64,000 nt of DNA from Albugo candida (Eukaryota): assembly GCA_040437565.1 (NCBI GenBank), contig JBDOQK010000023.1, positions 62,001 to 126,000 of the forward strand, written 5' to 3'. The notes under the pieces are model-generated. The model was not told the DNA's origin. It ran no database searches and saw only the letters and a list, made by a program, of their open reading frames with translations. The position numbers were made by a program, and so were the translations under genes. This document shows, one piece after another, positions 36,865 through 47,104 of this stretch (position 1 is its first letter; the number at the start of each line of letters is the position of its first letter).

Positions 36865-39168
36865 ATGAAATCCACACGCGCATGCGTGTCTTCTCCAACT
36901 TCGAATGGCAAAACAGCTTTGTATCTTGCTCGAAACTCTTTCCACTCTTCCAACGTTTGCCTCAAACTCGCCTCCTCATGCCCTCAATCCCCTCATTCAC
37001 CTCAAGGAAACTCGTCACCAAAAAGCGATGCCAAGAGCCGATCACCGATGCATCCAGTGCTCATTCCTGTTTCTCGGAGATCGTCATCCCCCATCCATAT
37101 CGCTGGGATGAATATACGACCGAGTGTTGACCCCATCGCACCATCCCAACATCACGCTTTTCACGCACACAATTCGGATCAACTTTTAGAGCAAGTGAGT
37201 GTCCTCAAGAGTATGCTTGGACTCTCTGAGGATGAACTCCAGTGGAAAATCGATTCTCTCAAAGGGAACGCCTTCCTCATCGCAGAACACCAATTAGATC
37301 TCGCTGAAGAAAAATACGATCGCCTTCTATGCGAGCAGTCGCAATTGAATACAACCGCAACAAACAAACAATGCGATCGTCTCGAACGAATACTGACTGA
37401 ATGTATCACCTATCTTAAAGATGAAAGGCATCCTCCCAAACAAAGCCTCAGAAACGTGCTTGATGAGGCCATCCTCACTAAACTCGAGGATGAGGCAAAA
37501 GCGTGGACTCACTCAACTTGTATCCTCAATTTTCTCGCACCGAAATTGAGTCTCCAAAATTCCGTTTTGTTGGAATCGCTGCAAAAGCTTTTTGCCGATA
37601 CGGTCACAGAATCTCTCTTCCAATGCGAGAAAGCTGTTCAAGAGTGTGCAGACTTTGCTTCCGCGCGTACGTTGACGCTCCTCCACCAAGAACAAGAGAT
37701 TGCTGAGACGATGAAGACCATTGAGATTTGGAAATCACGACGAGAGAGTGCTAAAGAATACGCTTCAGAAATGCTCAAACGAGAGAGACTTTGGACGTTG
37801 CAACAGACAGATGTAAACGCGCAGTCATTGAGACTTTTACGAAGTCTTATTCCACTTGATATCCATTTCTTATCGGTGGAAGGGCTTATTGAGCGAGCGT
37901 ATGGCCTTGGTGTGTTGTATACTTACGACTTGGCCGCGTACTTGAAAACGAATCGATTTCTACATTGGGTCGTTCTTCACGAGAACGATATCGCTCGGGA
38001 TACTTTTTTGAGCGCTTTATCAGCTCCATTCTTCACCGATATCACAGCGTACGATATCCATGAATGTCGGGCTGTTTGGGCGGTGATGCCTGAGCATTTC
38101 GAGGCCGATAAAGATGAACGAAAAGCAGCTTGGAGGATCCAGTTCCGCAATCATTTGGAGATGATGGTCAAGCAGGACAGCGGACAAATGATTCGTGCAG
38201 GATGGGATCCAACTCGTCACGCGCGATGTGAAATACCACTTTATCCGCTGAGTGGTAAACAACTGCTGAATCCCATTTATACGTATCCGTGCGAAAGTGA
38301 GATTGACGCAAAATTGGAGAAATATTCGGCTCAGAACCAGCGACTTGCGCATAAAAAAGAGGCGATTTCCAAGTTGGAAATAGAGATTCCACAAGCAAAA
38401 GTGGAATATCTCGCGATCGCTGATGATGCTCGTTGTGAAGATATCCAGAAAAGAGTGTCCAAAGAAATGCTTGTACGACTTCGTGATCAAGCCAAAGCGA
38501 AATACCAAGGATTAGTCAAGTCTCGCGATACGCTTGTGCTCGATTTGAAGCACTTGGAACGGGTCATTGCGACATCGACACCTTCCTTGGAGCAATACAC
38601 AACCGAGATCGAAAGGATTCGTCAATTGGATGAGACGACTCGCTCGAGTCGAATTATCGGACCATTTCCTCAGACTCTCAATATTGAGCCTCGAGCGCGC
38701 GTCGCGTTTCGCAAAATGTCGGTGGAGGAAGAAATTCATGAACGTCGCGAGGAATTGAGCCACGCGATCGCCGAAAGAGAAAAAGAAGCCGAGATTTCGG
38801 ACGAGAGTTTAGTCGCTCCGAACAATGAGGATGAGACTCAACGTATTTTGAGTCCAAAAGCAGTGAGGATCGCTCCTCAAGTGTTGCAATTCCTCAAAAA
38901 TGCACATCAGCGAGTACATTCCTCACGAACTTTGCCGTGGCGAAGGTCTACGGAACCGGCGAAAAAAGCACAAGAGAATTGTTTGGAACGTGATGATGTG
39001 AATTTTTCGTGTTTAGACGCGATTCCACGCGCGAAATCGAAAGCTGTGTCGCGGTTGTTTGAGAATTGTACGGAAGTGGGTTTTGTTCTTGAGCCTGAGA
39101 GACCCGTTTCATTCTTGTTGGAACTTCAGAGTCGACATAAAGTTCATCAATCGATTGAGAAGATTTGA
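36865..39168 (+). CDS. Uncharacterised 767-aa coiled-coil protein
   Basis: Long intronless ORF; Ser/Pro-rich N-terminus and heptad-rich segments. Confidence 0.8.
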   Translation: MKSTRACVSSPTSNGKTALYLARNSFHSSNVCLKLASSCPQSPHSPQGNSSPKSDAKSRSPMHPVLIPVSRRSSSPIHIAGMNIRPSVDPIAPSQHHAFHAHNSDQLLEQVSVLKSMLGLSEDELQWKIDSLKGNAFLIAEHQLDLAEEKYDRLLCEQSQLNTTATNKQCDRLERILTECITYLKDERHPPKQSLRNVLDEAILTKLEDEAKAWTHSTCILNFLAPKLSLQNSVLLESLQKLFADTVTESLFQCEKAVQECADFASARTLTLLHQEQEIAETMKTIEIWKSRRESAKEYASEMLKRERLWTLQQTDVNAQSLRLLRSLIPLDIHFLSVEGLIERAYGLGVLYTYDLAAYLKTNRFLHWVVLHENDIARDTFLSALSAPFFTDITAYDIHECRAVWAVMPEHFEADKDERKAAWRIQFRNHLEMMVKQDSGQMIRAGWDPTRHARCEIPLYPLSGKQLLNPIYTYPCESEIDAKLEKYSAQNQRLAHKKEAISKLEIEIPQAKVEYLAIADDARCEDIQKRVSKEMLVRLRDQAKAKYQGLVKSRDTLVLDLKHLERVIATSTPSLEQYTTEIERIRQLDETTRSSRIIGPFPQTLNIEPRARVAFRKMSVEEEIHERREELSHAIAEREKEAEISDESLVAPNNEDETQRILSPKAVRIAPQVLQFLKNAHQRVHSSRTLPWRRSTEPAKKAQENCLERDDVNFSCLDAIPRAKSKAVSRLFENCTEVGFVLEPERPVSFLLELQSRHKVHQSIEKI

Positions 39169-39183
39169 GCTATAATTAAATCG

Positions 39184-41649
39184 ATGACGCTTGAGCATAA
39201 AGAGATCACGTGTGATCATCGTAAAGTGCTGTATCTGATCAGTTTGTACGCTGTGGCTGCTGAAACGAGCAAACAAAATGAACGTTGGATTCGTCAAGTC
39301 CCACTATTTGTGCTCATGTTTGAAGCGATTGTGCGTGGGAAATTGGACTTTGATTATGCTCCTGCATCTATCCGACTGTCCTATAAAGGGAAATCAATGC
39401 GTCGCTGGCTGAATATATCGCAGGAAGGGAAGACCGCCTTGGAAGATCTCTGGGACGATGGATTAGTGAATGGGATTAAGCTGTCAAGTGACGATTTTCA
39501 GCCTGTGACAGCGTACCAAGTCTCGTCCCTGGGACAGACGTATCTGTCCCAGATGTGTCCCAGCGAGCGAGAAGAAATTAACTCGTTTGTATTTCCACAA
39601 CCCTTAATTGAGCCGAAAGCACTCCAGGTTTCATACGATGGTTACCGATTTTACCTACGATCTGGTGCGTTTCTTCGAGCCAGCTCGGTTACAGACAGTG
39701 AAGATGTATCGTATGTATCATCTCCGTACCTTCCGCATTGCTTGCGGTCTCCTGGGTACTATCAAGTAACAGAAACTAGCAATGCTCATCGAGCTCAAGA
39801 ATGTTTTTCCGGTTGTAGTAACATCACGAAAAGCACGACAGAAGTTATCGCATTGGATACGGTGTACTCTCTTATTGGTGAATGGGTCCCATTTGGGTCC
39901 AATCAGATTGTCGCCTTAAATGAGCGAATTGGCGCATTGGACCGATGTCAAGGAGGAATTCTTACCAGTCAAATCGATGTTTCACCCACCGACGCGCATT
40001 TTAAAATGCCCGTGGGGCAAACACAAGTTCGTATTCTAGACTACGATTTCGTTCGCTGTATCAATCTGGAAGCGGAATCGCATTTCCCCGAAAGTCCTGG
40101 AATCGTCCAGATTGAGCATTTCGGTATGCATTTGAATTGTGATGGATGTCTGGTATACGGAATCAAAGTAGACGCGATCATGAACCGCGCTTCCAACGAC
40201 GTCCCAATTGATTATTTGGCACGATTGCTGGTTGATGTGCATCAGGATTCGTCCATTCTCATCAATGATTTGCTCTCACGGTACCAGTTGAGTATGCTGG
40301 ACATGATTTACCTGGGTGATTCGTTCCAACGTAATAAATATAATTGTATCATGGCGAAAAGTATCGTACCAAAAGTACCCGCACAAACTTATAAAACCGA
40401 CAAGAAATTAGCCAATGAGTTGGCTCAAGTGCTCGGAGACATCCAAGCATGTTATGACCTCACTCCCAATGACGTTCTTATACTCGGTCGGGCCGGATGT
40501 CTCTTAGTCGGTCCCAATAACGCTCGTTTCGAAGAAGAAATGACCGCGTACGTGGGACTGGTGAGTCGTGATCTGTTTTGTAAAAACTTTTTCGCTCGAA
40601 CTTTTGTTCTGGATGCAAGACTGAAGGATATTCGACAGCTTATCCATTTTCTTCAGAAAGAACCGAGTAAGGTGGCATTGGTCCGTCAGCGACTTACAAT
40701 TGTGTCGAAAGACACGATTTTGCTGGCAGAGACTTTGGAGTATTTGTTGGATTCCTTGGAAGATGTGGAGCTTGGGTTCACGGCCAGAACATTGGCGAAA
40801 AATCTGCGTGACATGGAACGTGACAGAGGAGGCACGGGGTTAGATGGGAAAATGTACAAGATCCTGTCACTTCAACAGCTTCACGGACAAATACTATTAC
40901 GGTGTCGAGATTCGGGCAAGCTGATGGACAACACCATGCAGCAGCTGGAGCAATTACAGATGATTGCGGAAAGTATGGCAACAAGTCAATTAGAGTCGGC
41001 GAGCTTGGACATGAGTTTGAACACACATATACTGAGTAAGGCAGTCCGATCACAGGAAAATGGGGAGTGCGTGTTACAAGCCCTTAAATTTTTGGTTGCT
41101 GGTGTCTTTTTGTTCGATCTGATTGATCATCTAGATGGAGGGACATGGCACACTGAGGTTCCACACTGGGTTCGAAAGTACTTGCTTGAGAATCTGTATG
41201 CGCATCCTTTCGTATGGTGGGGCGTAAATTTGGTACTTTTGGTATGTTCACAGATCGTATTGTACCAAATGGCAAGACGGATGGTTCGACAATATATGGG
41301 GTGGTACGCTGTCACATTAGAATTGAATGAGAAGATTTCTATCAAACAACTCAATCGATTTCTTGCATCGAAATGTATCATACAAATGGAAAAGCGGCAC
41401 ATTTGTCAATCAGTCATAGATGGCAACATGGGTGGGCAATTTATGTCAGTTCGATGGAAGGAACAACGGAAACAGAATACGGAAGCGTGGAACAATAAAA
41501 CTGTTGTGCAAGCAGTGGTGGATGTGAAGCATCAATTTTTACTCTATGTAACGATACATTTCCACGCACGAAAGAATATGCTGTCAAATTCTGAATGTTT
41601 GCAGAAATTTCGTCAACAAATGAAAAAAGCAAGCGTTCTTTCTTCATAA
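39184..41649 (+). CDS. Uncharacterised 821-aa protein with long helical stalk and C-terminal two-TM hairpin
   Basis: Long intronless ORF; motif-like blocks DFDYAPAS, NISQEG, SEDVSYVSSPYLP, GEWVPFGSNQIVALNERIG; TMs ALKFLVAGVFLFDLI and FVWWGVNLVLLVCS. Confidence 0.82.
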   Translation: MTLEHKEITCDHRKVLYLISLYAVAAETSKQNERWIRQVPLFVLMFEAIVRGKLDFDYAPASIRLSYKGKSMRRWLNISQEGKTALEDLWDDGLVNGIKLSSDDFQPVTAYQVSSLGQTYLSQMCPSEREEINSFVFPQPLIEPKALQVSYDGYRFYLRSGAFLRASSVTDSEDVSYVSSPYLPHCLRSPGYYQVTETSNAHRAQECFSGCSNITKSTTEVIALDTVYSLIGEWVPFGSNQIVALNERIGALDRCQGGILTSQIDVSPTDAHFKMPVGQTQVRILDYDFVRCINLEAESHFPESPGIVQIEHFGMHLNCDGCLVYGIKVDAIMNRASNDVPIDYLARLLVDVHQDSSILINDLLSRYQLSMLDMIYLGDSFQRNKYNCIMAKSIVPKVPAQTYKTDKKLANELAQVLGDIQACYDLTPNDVLILGRAGCLLVGPNNARFEEEMTAYVGLVSRDLFCKNFFARTFVLDARLKDIRQLIHFLQKEPSKVALVRQRLTIVSKDTILLAETLEYLLDSLEDVELGFTARTLAKNLRDMERDRGGTGLDGKMYKILSLQQLHGQILLRCRDSGKLMDNTMQQLEQLQMIAESMATSQLESASLDMSLNTHILSKAVRSQENGECVLQALKFLVAGVFLFDLIDHLDGGTWHTEVPHWVRKYLLENLYAHPFVWWGVNLVLLVCSQIVLYQMARRMVRQYMGWYAVTLELNEKISIKQLNRFLASKCIIQMEKRHICQSVIDGNMGGQFMSVRWKEQRKQNTEAWNNKTVVQAVVDVKHQFLLYVTIHFHARKNMLSNSECLQKFRQQMKKASVLSS

Positions 41650-41784
41650 CGAATCAATTCTTTATCGCTTCATATTACAACAGTGACCTTGTTAACTTTA
41701 AACACAAACGGAAGCTGAGTGCCTTACACTGACTAAAATTCTATTGACACACAACATTGACGACTACACCACACATACGTTTTT

Positions 41785-42288
41785 TCAATCCATGACGGCT
41801 GACTGTAAGAAAAAGAGCTCGTCATAAGAGAGATGACTCTGCATGGGATTTTGAAGAAGTAAGCTTTCTTCACTAAGGAGCCCATCCGATTGTGGAATAT
41901 CTTGCCAGACTTGCTCCAAGACGCTAGTATCACTATCGGATGAGAATCGAGAGGAATCAGTATCGGAACAGATATCAACATCTTGATTTGCAAAGACTGT
42001 GGAGGTATGCAAGTTGTACAAATGACTGGATGCTCGATAATGTATAATTTTCTGTTCAATTTTGCGACTTCGTGCCATTTCACGTTTTTGACGATCAAAT
42101 TTGCGCTGAATCTGATTCGCTTTATCGCGATGATAACGACATAACTGATGTGGCTGCCCATTCCGTTTCTGTGCTCGGTCATTGTGACATTTCCCAGTTT
42201 TGTACCGACATTTGATCGAGTCAGAAGCCGCCTTTAATTCTCCTTTACTCAAACATTCGGGGAAGAAGGAAATAGATGTAGCAACCAT
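41785..42288 (-). CDS. Oomycete-type small Cys/His basic-motif protein (putative Zn-binding regulator)
   Basis: CRYKTGKCHNDRAQKRNGQPHQLCRYHRDKANQIQRKFD followed by an acidic Ser-rich tail. Confidence 0.7.
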   Translation of the reverse strand: MVATSISFFPECLSKGELKAASDSIKCRYKTGKCHNDRAQKRNGQPHQLCRYHRDKANQIQRKFDRQKREMARSRKIEQKIIHYRASSHLYNLHTSTVFANQDVDICSDTDSSRFSSDSDTSVLEQVWQDIPQSDGLLSEESLLLQNPMQSHLSYDELFFLQSAVMD

Positions 42289-43265
42289 TAGTCGGATACG
42301 GTTCAAGTTTTGCTTCAATGAGTGGTATAAATCCGGTCTGTTAATTTTCTGAATGTGTGTCTGCGCGAAACAAAGAATTACCAAAACTGGCTGATTATGT
42401 TAGTCCTATATCTTGTATGCATTCTGATGTTACAAGTGACAGAATGTAAAGAAGAGGTTGCATAAACTGGCTTCAAGGAAACAGCAGTCCAGCTTTATTG
42501 CTTCCTGCTAAAATATTCCTAAACAAAAATCGGTTTGGATGTGACAGGTGTTTACTTTCCGCGTGCACAGGTCTATTGATGAATCCAGCCGGAGAATCAA
42601 AATATCTGGTCTGGGATTACTGATCAAACATCATAACCTTTTACATGTCATATTTCGATCGTGACTGTACGTATGAAAGAACATGATGACTCAAAGAAAC
42701 CTGATACAATTAATGGTAGTCGATAAATACGTATACAGTCATTTTATGACATAGGACAAAGAACGAACAGCAGGGACGGTGCAGTTACGGTCCTCATGTT
42801 TTAGTGATTAGAAAATGTAATCACGGCACCATTGCCGCAGATGATTGTAGAAAGCCGCGTGTGAAAATTTTGAAACTCGTTAAAAGTGACGACTTGTAGA
42901 AGAAATCTTACATAAAGCGCACTCAACGGAAGAAATGTGGAAATATCAACGCGTAGATGAAAGCCTGCATATATACGCTATTTTATTTCCAACTTCACAG
43001 TCGGGAGACTGCCTCAGGTACGGATGACGCGAGATAGAAAAGACGAAGAGGAAAGGGTTGATTGAACTTTACAGTACAGCGAAAAATTTGGGTTTACGAC
43101 GTTGCGAACTTNNNNNNNNNNNNNNNNNNNNNNNNNNNNNNNNNNNNNNNNNNNNNNNNNNNNNNNNNNNNNNNNNNNNNNNNNNNNNNNNNNNNNNNNN
43201 NNNNNNNNNNNGTACAGCGAAAAATTTGGGTTTACGACGTTGCGAACTTAATATGAAAAGTCAAG

Positions 43266-43865
43266 ATGGCACCAATGGTACGTACTCGTCCTAATATCCT
43301 AGTGACTGGTACACCTGGTACCGGGAAGACTTCGCTTTGTCATGAGCTCTCGGTGCACTCTTCACTGTTGTCTATTTGGTTGACAGTATTTTTTGACAGT
43401 ATGTTATAGGAACGCTCTGGCTTTCGTCACATTAACGTGGGCGAACTTATTCATGAACGCCATCTTTACTCTGAGCGAGATGAAGCATTTGAGTGCCTTA
43501 TTTTGGATGAAGATAAGGTACTCGATGAAATGGAAGAAATGTTGGAGCAAGGTGGTCAAATTATTGATTTCCATTCATGCGACTTTTTCCCCGAACGGTA
43601 TTTCGATCTCGTAATTGTGCTCCAGACGAGCAATACGATCCTATACGATCGATTAATGGCAAGAAATTACAATGAGAAAAAGCTGCAGGAGAATATACAG
43701 TGTGAAATCATGCAGGTTGTTCTGCAAGAGGCGATGGAAAGTTATCCGACCGAAATCGTTCAAGCTTTAAATAACGAAACAGTAGATTGCATGGAACAAA
43801 ACCTCCAGCGAATTTTACAGTGGATCACACTGTACTCTCAGCAAGCAACAACCGTAGAGAACTAG
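43266..43865 (+). CDS. AK6: Adenylate kinase 6 / Fap7 / hCINAP, 2 exons (intron ~43353-43409)
   Basis: PNILVTGTPGTGKT P-loop; IIDFHSCDFFPERYFDLV; LYDRL.ARNYNEKKLQENIQCEIM. Confidence 0.95.
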
Positions 43866-43878
43866 CGACATTGTACCT

Positions 43879-44811
43879 TTATGCATTTATAAAACCTCTG
43901 CAGCGTATTGGTTGTCTCACTTCTGTTACTGTTGTCACGTCAGCAATTTCGGGGCGTTCGATTCGTTGTGACTCCTGCAAACACTTTCGAGATACTTGGT
44001 CGTGCATCCGCTCATTCAATAATTGTCGCTGGGCAATACTTTGAATATAAAGTTTACGGCCTGCAAGTTTCTGTCGACCCACATCCGTGTGCATGTTGCT
44101 CGTATGTCCGCTATACACGTCCAATTGAGTCTTTCGATATCGAGATCCTCTTGAGGTCGCGTCCTCCGTTTGGATGTTGTGAGTTACTTTTTCAGCAAAC
44201 GAATTTTTCTGCTTCAAAAGTTTATTTCGCTCCATTATCTGTGACCAACAATCAGATCTTTCACAACAGGCAACCTATATAGACATTACCGCTGCAGGAC
44301 AGTGCTCTTTCATCGGATCTACGGGCAATACGCGCTTCATTCGAGCTGCATTCCAATTCAAACGAATAGATCCCTCAATATCATGAGTATCCGCCACATA
44401 TCCCCTCATTTTCCTCCACCAAAATGCGAGTCCCTCAGCATTCGGCCTCTGCCTCAAACGTGCGGTATGAGTGAGGACATACTTTTCCTCCTCATTTGTC
44501 ACTCGTTCCTCACGCCGTCGCATTAAAAGTTCCGAGCGCGTAAATGGACCCTTTCCGCTGCCAATTGGATTGGAGATTGTGAAATACGAGCCTGACGTCT
44601 GTAGGCAATCTCGTTCGAGTTTATTTACGTGCGCAAACGATCGATGTGGCGTTTCGAGACACTCTATTGCAAGTCGTTCGGCTCGTCTTTGCTCCAACAA
44701 TTCCGTCCGAGAACGCACATGCGGCTACAGACAATCCGTTCAGTATTCCCTGAGCATTCGACAGCAATCTCATACCTCATAAAGCCATTTCGACGGAATT
44801 GGAGGCTGCAT
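43879..44811 (-). CDS. Hypothetical basic protein, multi-exon (structure approximate)
   Basis: MQPPIPSKWLYE|GT..AG|PHVRSRTELLEQRR joins ORF 44275-44718; ORF 43879-44235 is a likely last exon. Confidence 0.5.
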
Positions 44812-44905
44812 AAAGCCTTATGACTCGTGAGAATGGCAAAGAATAGACAGAAATAAACACATTCAAAATAGCCGATGGCTTTCGTATTGATAGCATCACA
44901 TTACA

Positions 44906-46963
44906 CTACCAAGCAAGATCAGTCTGTCCGTTACTCGAAGTTTCTTTGGAATCGCAATTTCCACCTCCACAGCCGCCTTCTGTCTCTGCGTCATCGGCGT
45001 CCTGCACAGCGACACGGAATAAGCGATTGCCGAATTTCTTGTACAGCGGCATAATTCCACCACCGGCAAGCAGTCTTTCTTCGAAAATCGACATTTGGAA
45101 TCGAAAGGTTTTACCACCAATTTCGATCGTTCGGCCTTTCATATTGACAGTGATACTGCTTCCTTCAGTAGCCAATTGATAGAATTCTTCATCGGACAAT
45201 TGAATGCCAACGAGACTAAAGTTTTGGTAATTTCGTGAGAAAATGTACCCAAAGGATCTCGCGATAATCACTTGGACACCAGCGCCTTTGAGTGCGGTCA
45301 CAGCTTGCTCTCTGGATGATCCACAACCGAATCCGTGTCCAGCGACGATCACAGTCTGCCCATTTTTCACTTTGTCTCGGAAATCGGGATTTGTATACAA
45401 AAACGCCACTTTTCCAAGTTTTTCGATATCATTTTCAGTGAGATATTCACCCGGCAGAATCGCATCGGTATCGATATTGTCGCCAAAGACCTGGACGTGA
45501 CCGGTGATGGAGGCGGTGAATCCAGCTAAATCAGCACATTCATCGTTTTGCGGGGCATTTTCATTTTCCGGAAGCACAAGTTCAGGCTGAGGCTCCGTAA
45601 TGTGAATCTTATGAGCGACTTTTTTCGGCATCAGTGATCGAAATCGTTCTTGATCAATCATTTTCAAATAGGGTGTTGGGTCAGTAACTTGCATTGTGAA
45701 ACTGGACGCAGCGACAGTCACTGCTGAAGCTAAATTGGCAATGGAGCCTTTCCCCATTCGATTACGATAATTTCGATTCTGACTGCTAAGCCATACTTCA
45801 TCAGGCTGGGCGACATCTGCTGCAATTCCAAGACAGAAACTACATCCGGGTGCACCGACAGTGAATCCTGCTTTCTCGTAAAACTGAAGAAGACCTTCCT
45901 TTTTGAGCTTATTGATGATCATTTGGCTTCCTGGAGTCACTCGACGTTGACCTGTGGGAATTGGTTGGAGTCCTTGTGCTAAACACACTTCCAATACGAG
46001 CGCTCCCATAACCAGATCTTCTTCCGCTGTGGTACACGCTCCAATGAAACATCCATCCAATTTCATTCCAACGACTTCATGAACGGGTTTCACGTTATCG
46101 GGTGACGGGTACAATGCGATTTGGGGGACTAAATGATCCAAATGGATTTGGTGGGTAGCCACATACTCAGCGTCAGGATCCGCTCGAAAGTACATTGCTT
46201 CGTCTTTGTGTGACGAACGCGTGGAAATGTATTCAGCAGTGACTTCATCAGCAGGAAATACGCCAGCAATTCCACCAAATTCCGCTGTCATATTACTAAT
46301 CGCAAAACGAGCATCACACGAAAGCGCTTGGATGTTTCCTCCCCATTCCACGCATCTTCCGATAGCCACTGTATTACATTTCAATTCGCCCAATGTGTAC
46401 AGCATGACATCTTTTCCTCCCAAACCGAACGGAGGCGTACCAACAAATTCGATTTTCACGGTCTCTGGTACTTTGATCCAAGTCTCTCCGGTGACCAGAG
46501 GCATCACAACATCCGCTGCTCCCAATCCGATAGCAAATGCTCCAAGTCCTCCACTGCTACAGCTGTGACTATCAGCGCCAACAATGATCTGACACGGTAA
46601 CGCACGCTGACGGAAAAACTCGGTGTGTAAAATGGTCGTGTTGGCGGGTTGGAAATCGACCAAATCGGCTTCTTTGGCAAAGTCTTCACACACTTTGATC
46701 ATCATTTGCTGTTTTGGAAGGTGATTGACACGTGGATCGACAGTGTGGTCAACAGCGAGCCAGAATCGATCAGGACGCCAGATGCGTGGTCGACCCATGT
46801 CTTGATATGTCTTGTCCATGGATTTCCATGTGATCTCACAGGCTAAAGTCCATTGGACCTTCACACAGAGCATATCGTTCGGTTTTACGGATGGTTTGCG
46901 CAACCCAAGGCCCCAGTGGGTGAGGATCTTCTCAGGCAACGTCATAGGTCGGCGATTCTCCAT
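44906..46963 (-). CDS. Aconitase-family [4Fe-4S] dehydratase, fused large+small subunit (3-isopropylmalate dehydratase/homoaconitase-like), intronless
   Basis: MTLPEKIL, DHTVDP, GADSHSC, FIGACTT, PGCSFCLG, SSQNRNYRNRMG, GDNIDTDAILP, FGCGSSREQA. Confidence 0.92.
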   Translation of the reverse strand: MENRRPMTLPEKILTHWGLGLRKPSVKPNDMLCVKVQWTLACEITWKSMDKTYQDMGRPRIWRPDRFWLAVDHTVDPRVNHLPKQQMMIKVCEDFAKEADLVDFQPANTTILHTEFFRQRALPCQIIVGADSHSCSSGGLGAFAIGLGAADVVMPLVTGETWIKVPETVKIEFVGTPPFGLGGKDVMLYTLGELKCNTVAIGRCVEWGGNIQALSCDARFAISNMTAEFGGIAGVFPADEVTAEYISTRSSHKDEAMYFRADPDAEYVATHQIHLDHLVPQIALYPSPDNVKPVHEVVGMKLDGCFIGACTTAEEDLVMGALVLEVCLAQGLQPIPTGQRRVTPGSQMIINKLKKEGLLQFYEKAGFTVGAPGCSFCLGIAADVAQPDEVWLSSQNRNYRNRMGKGSIANLASAVTVAASSFTMQVTDPTPYLKMIDQERFRSLMPKKVAHKIHITEPQPELVLPENENAPQNDECADLAGFTASITGHVQVFGDNIDTDAILPGEYLTENDIEKLGKVAFLYTNPDFRDKVKNGQTVIVAGHGFGCGSSREQAVTALKGAGVQVIIARSFGYIFSRNYQNFSLVGIQLSDEEFYQLATEGSSITVNMKGRTIEIGGKTFRFQMSIFEERLLAGGGIMPLYKKFGNRLFRVAVQDADDAETEGGCGGGNCDSKETSSNGQTDLAW

Positions 46964-47104
46964 GGTTCAGTCTTGGAAAGAGCAAATTTGGTTCTTGAGG
47001 AAGGGAGAGGAATGAATGGCTCCGTAGAGGGAGATGTGGATGTGACAGGAAGGTCGCAGCAAGAAGTATGCTTTTTTACGCAAAAGTGCGATGAACGCGC
47101 TCTA

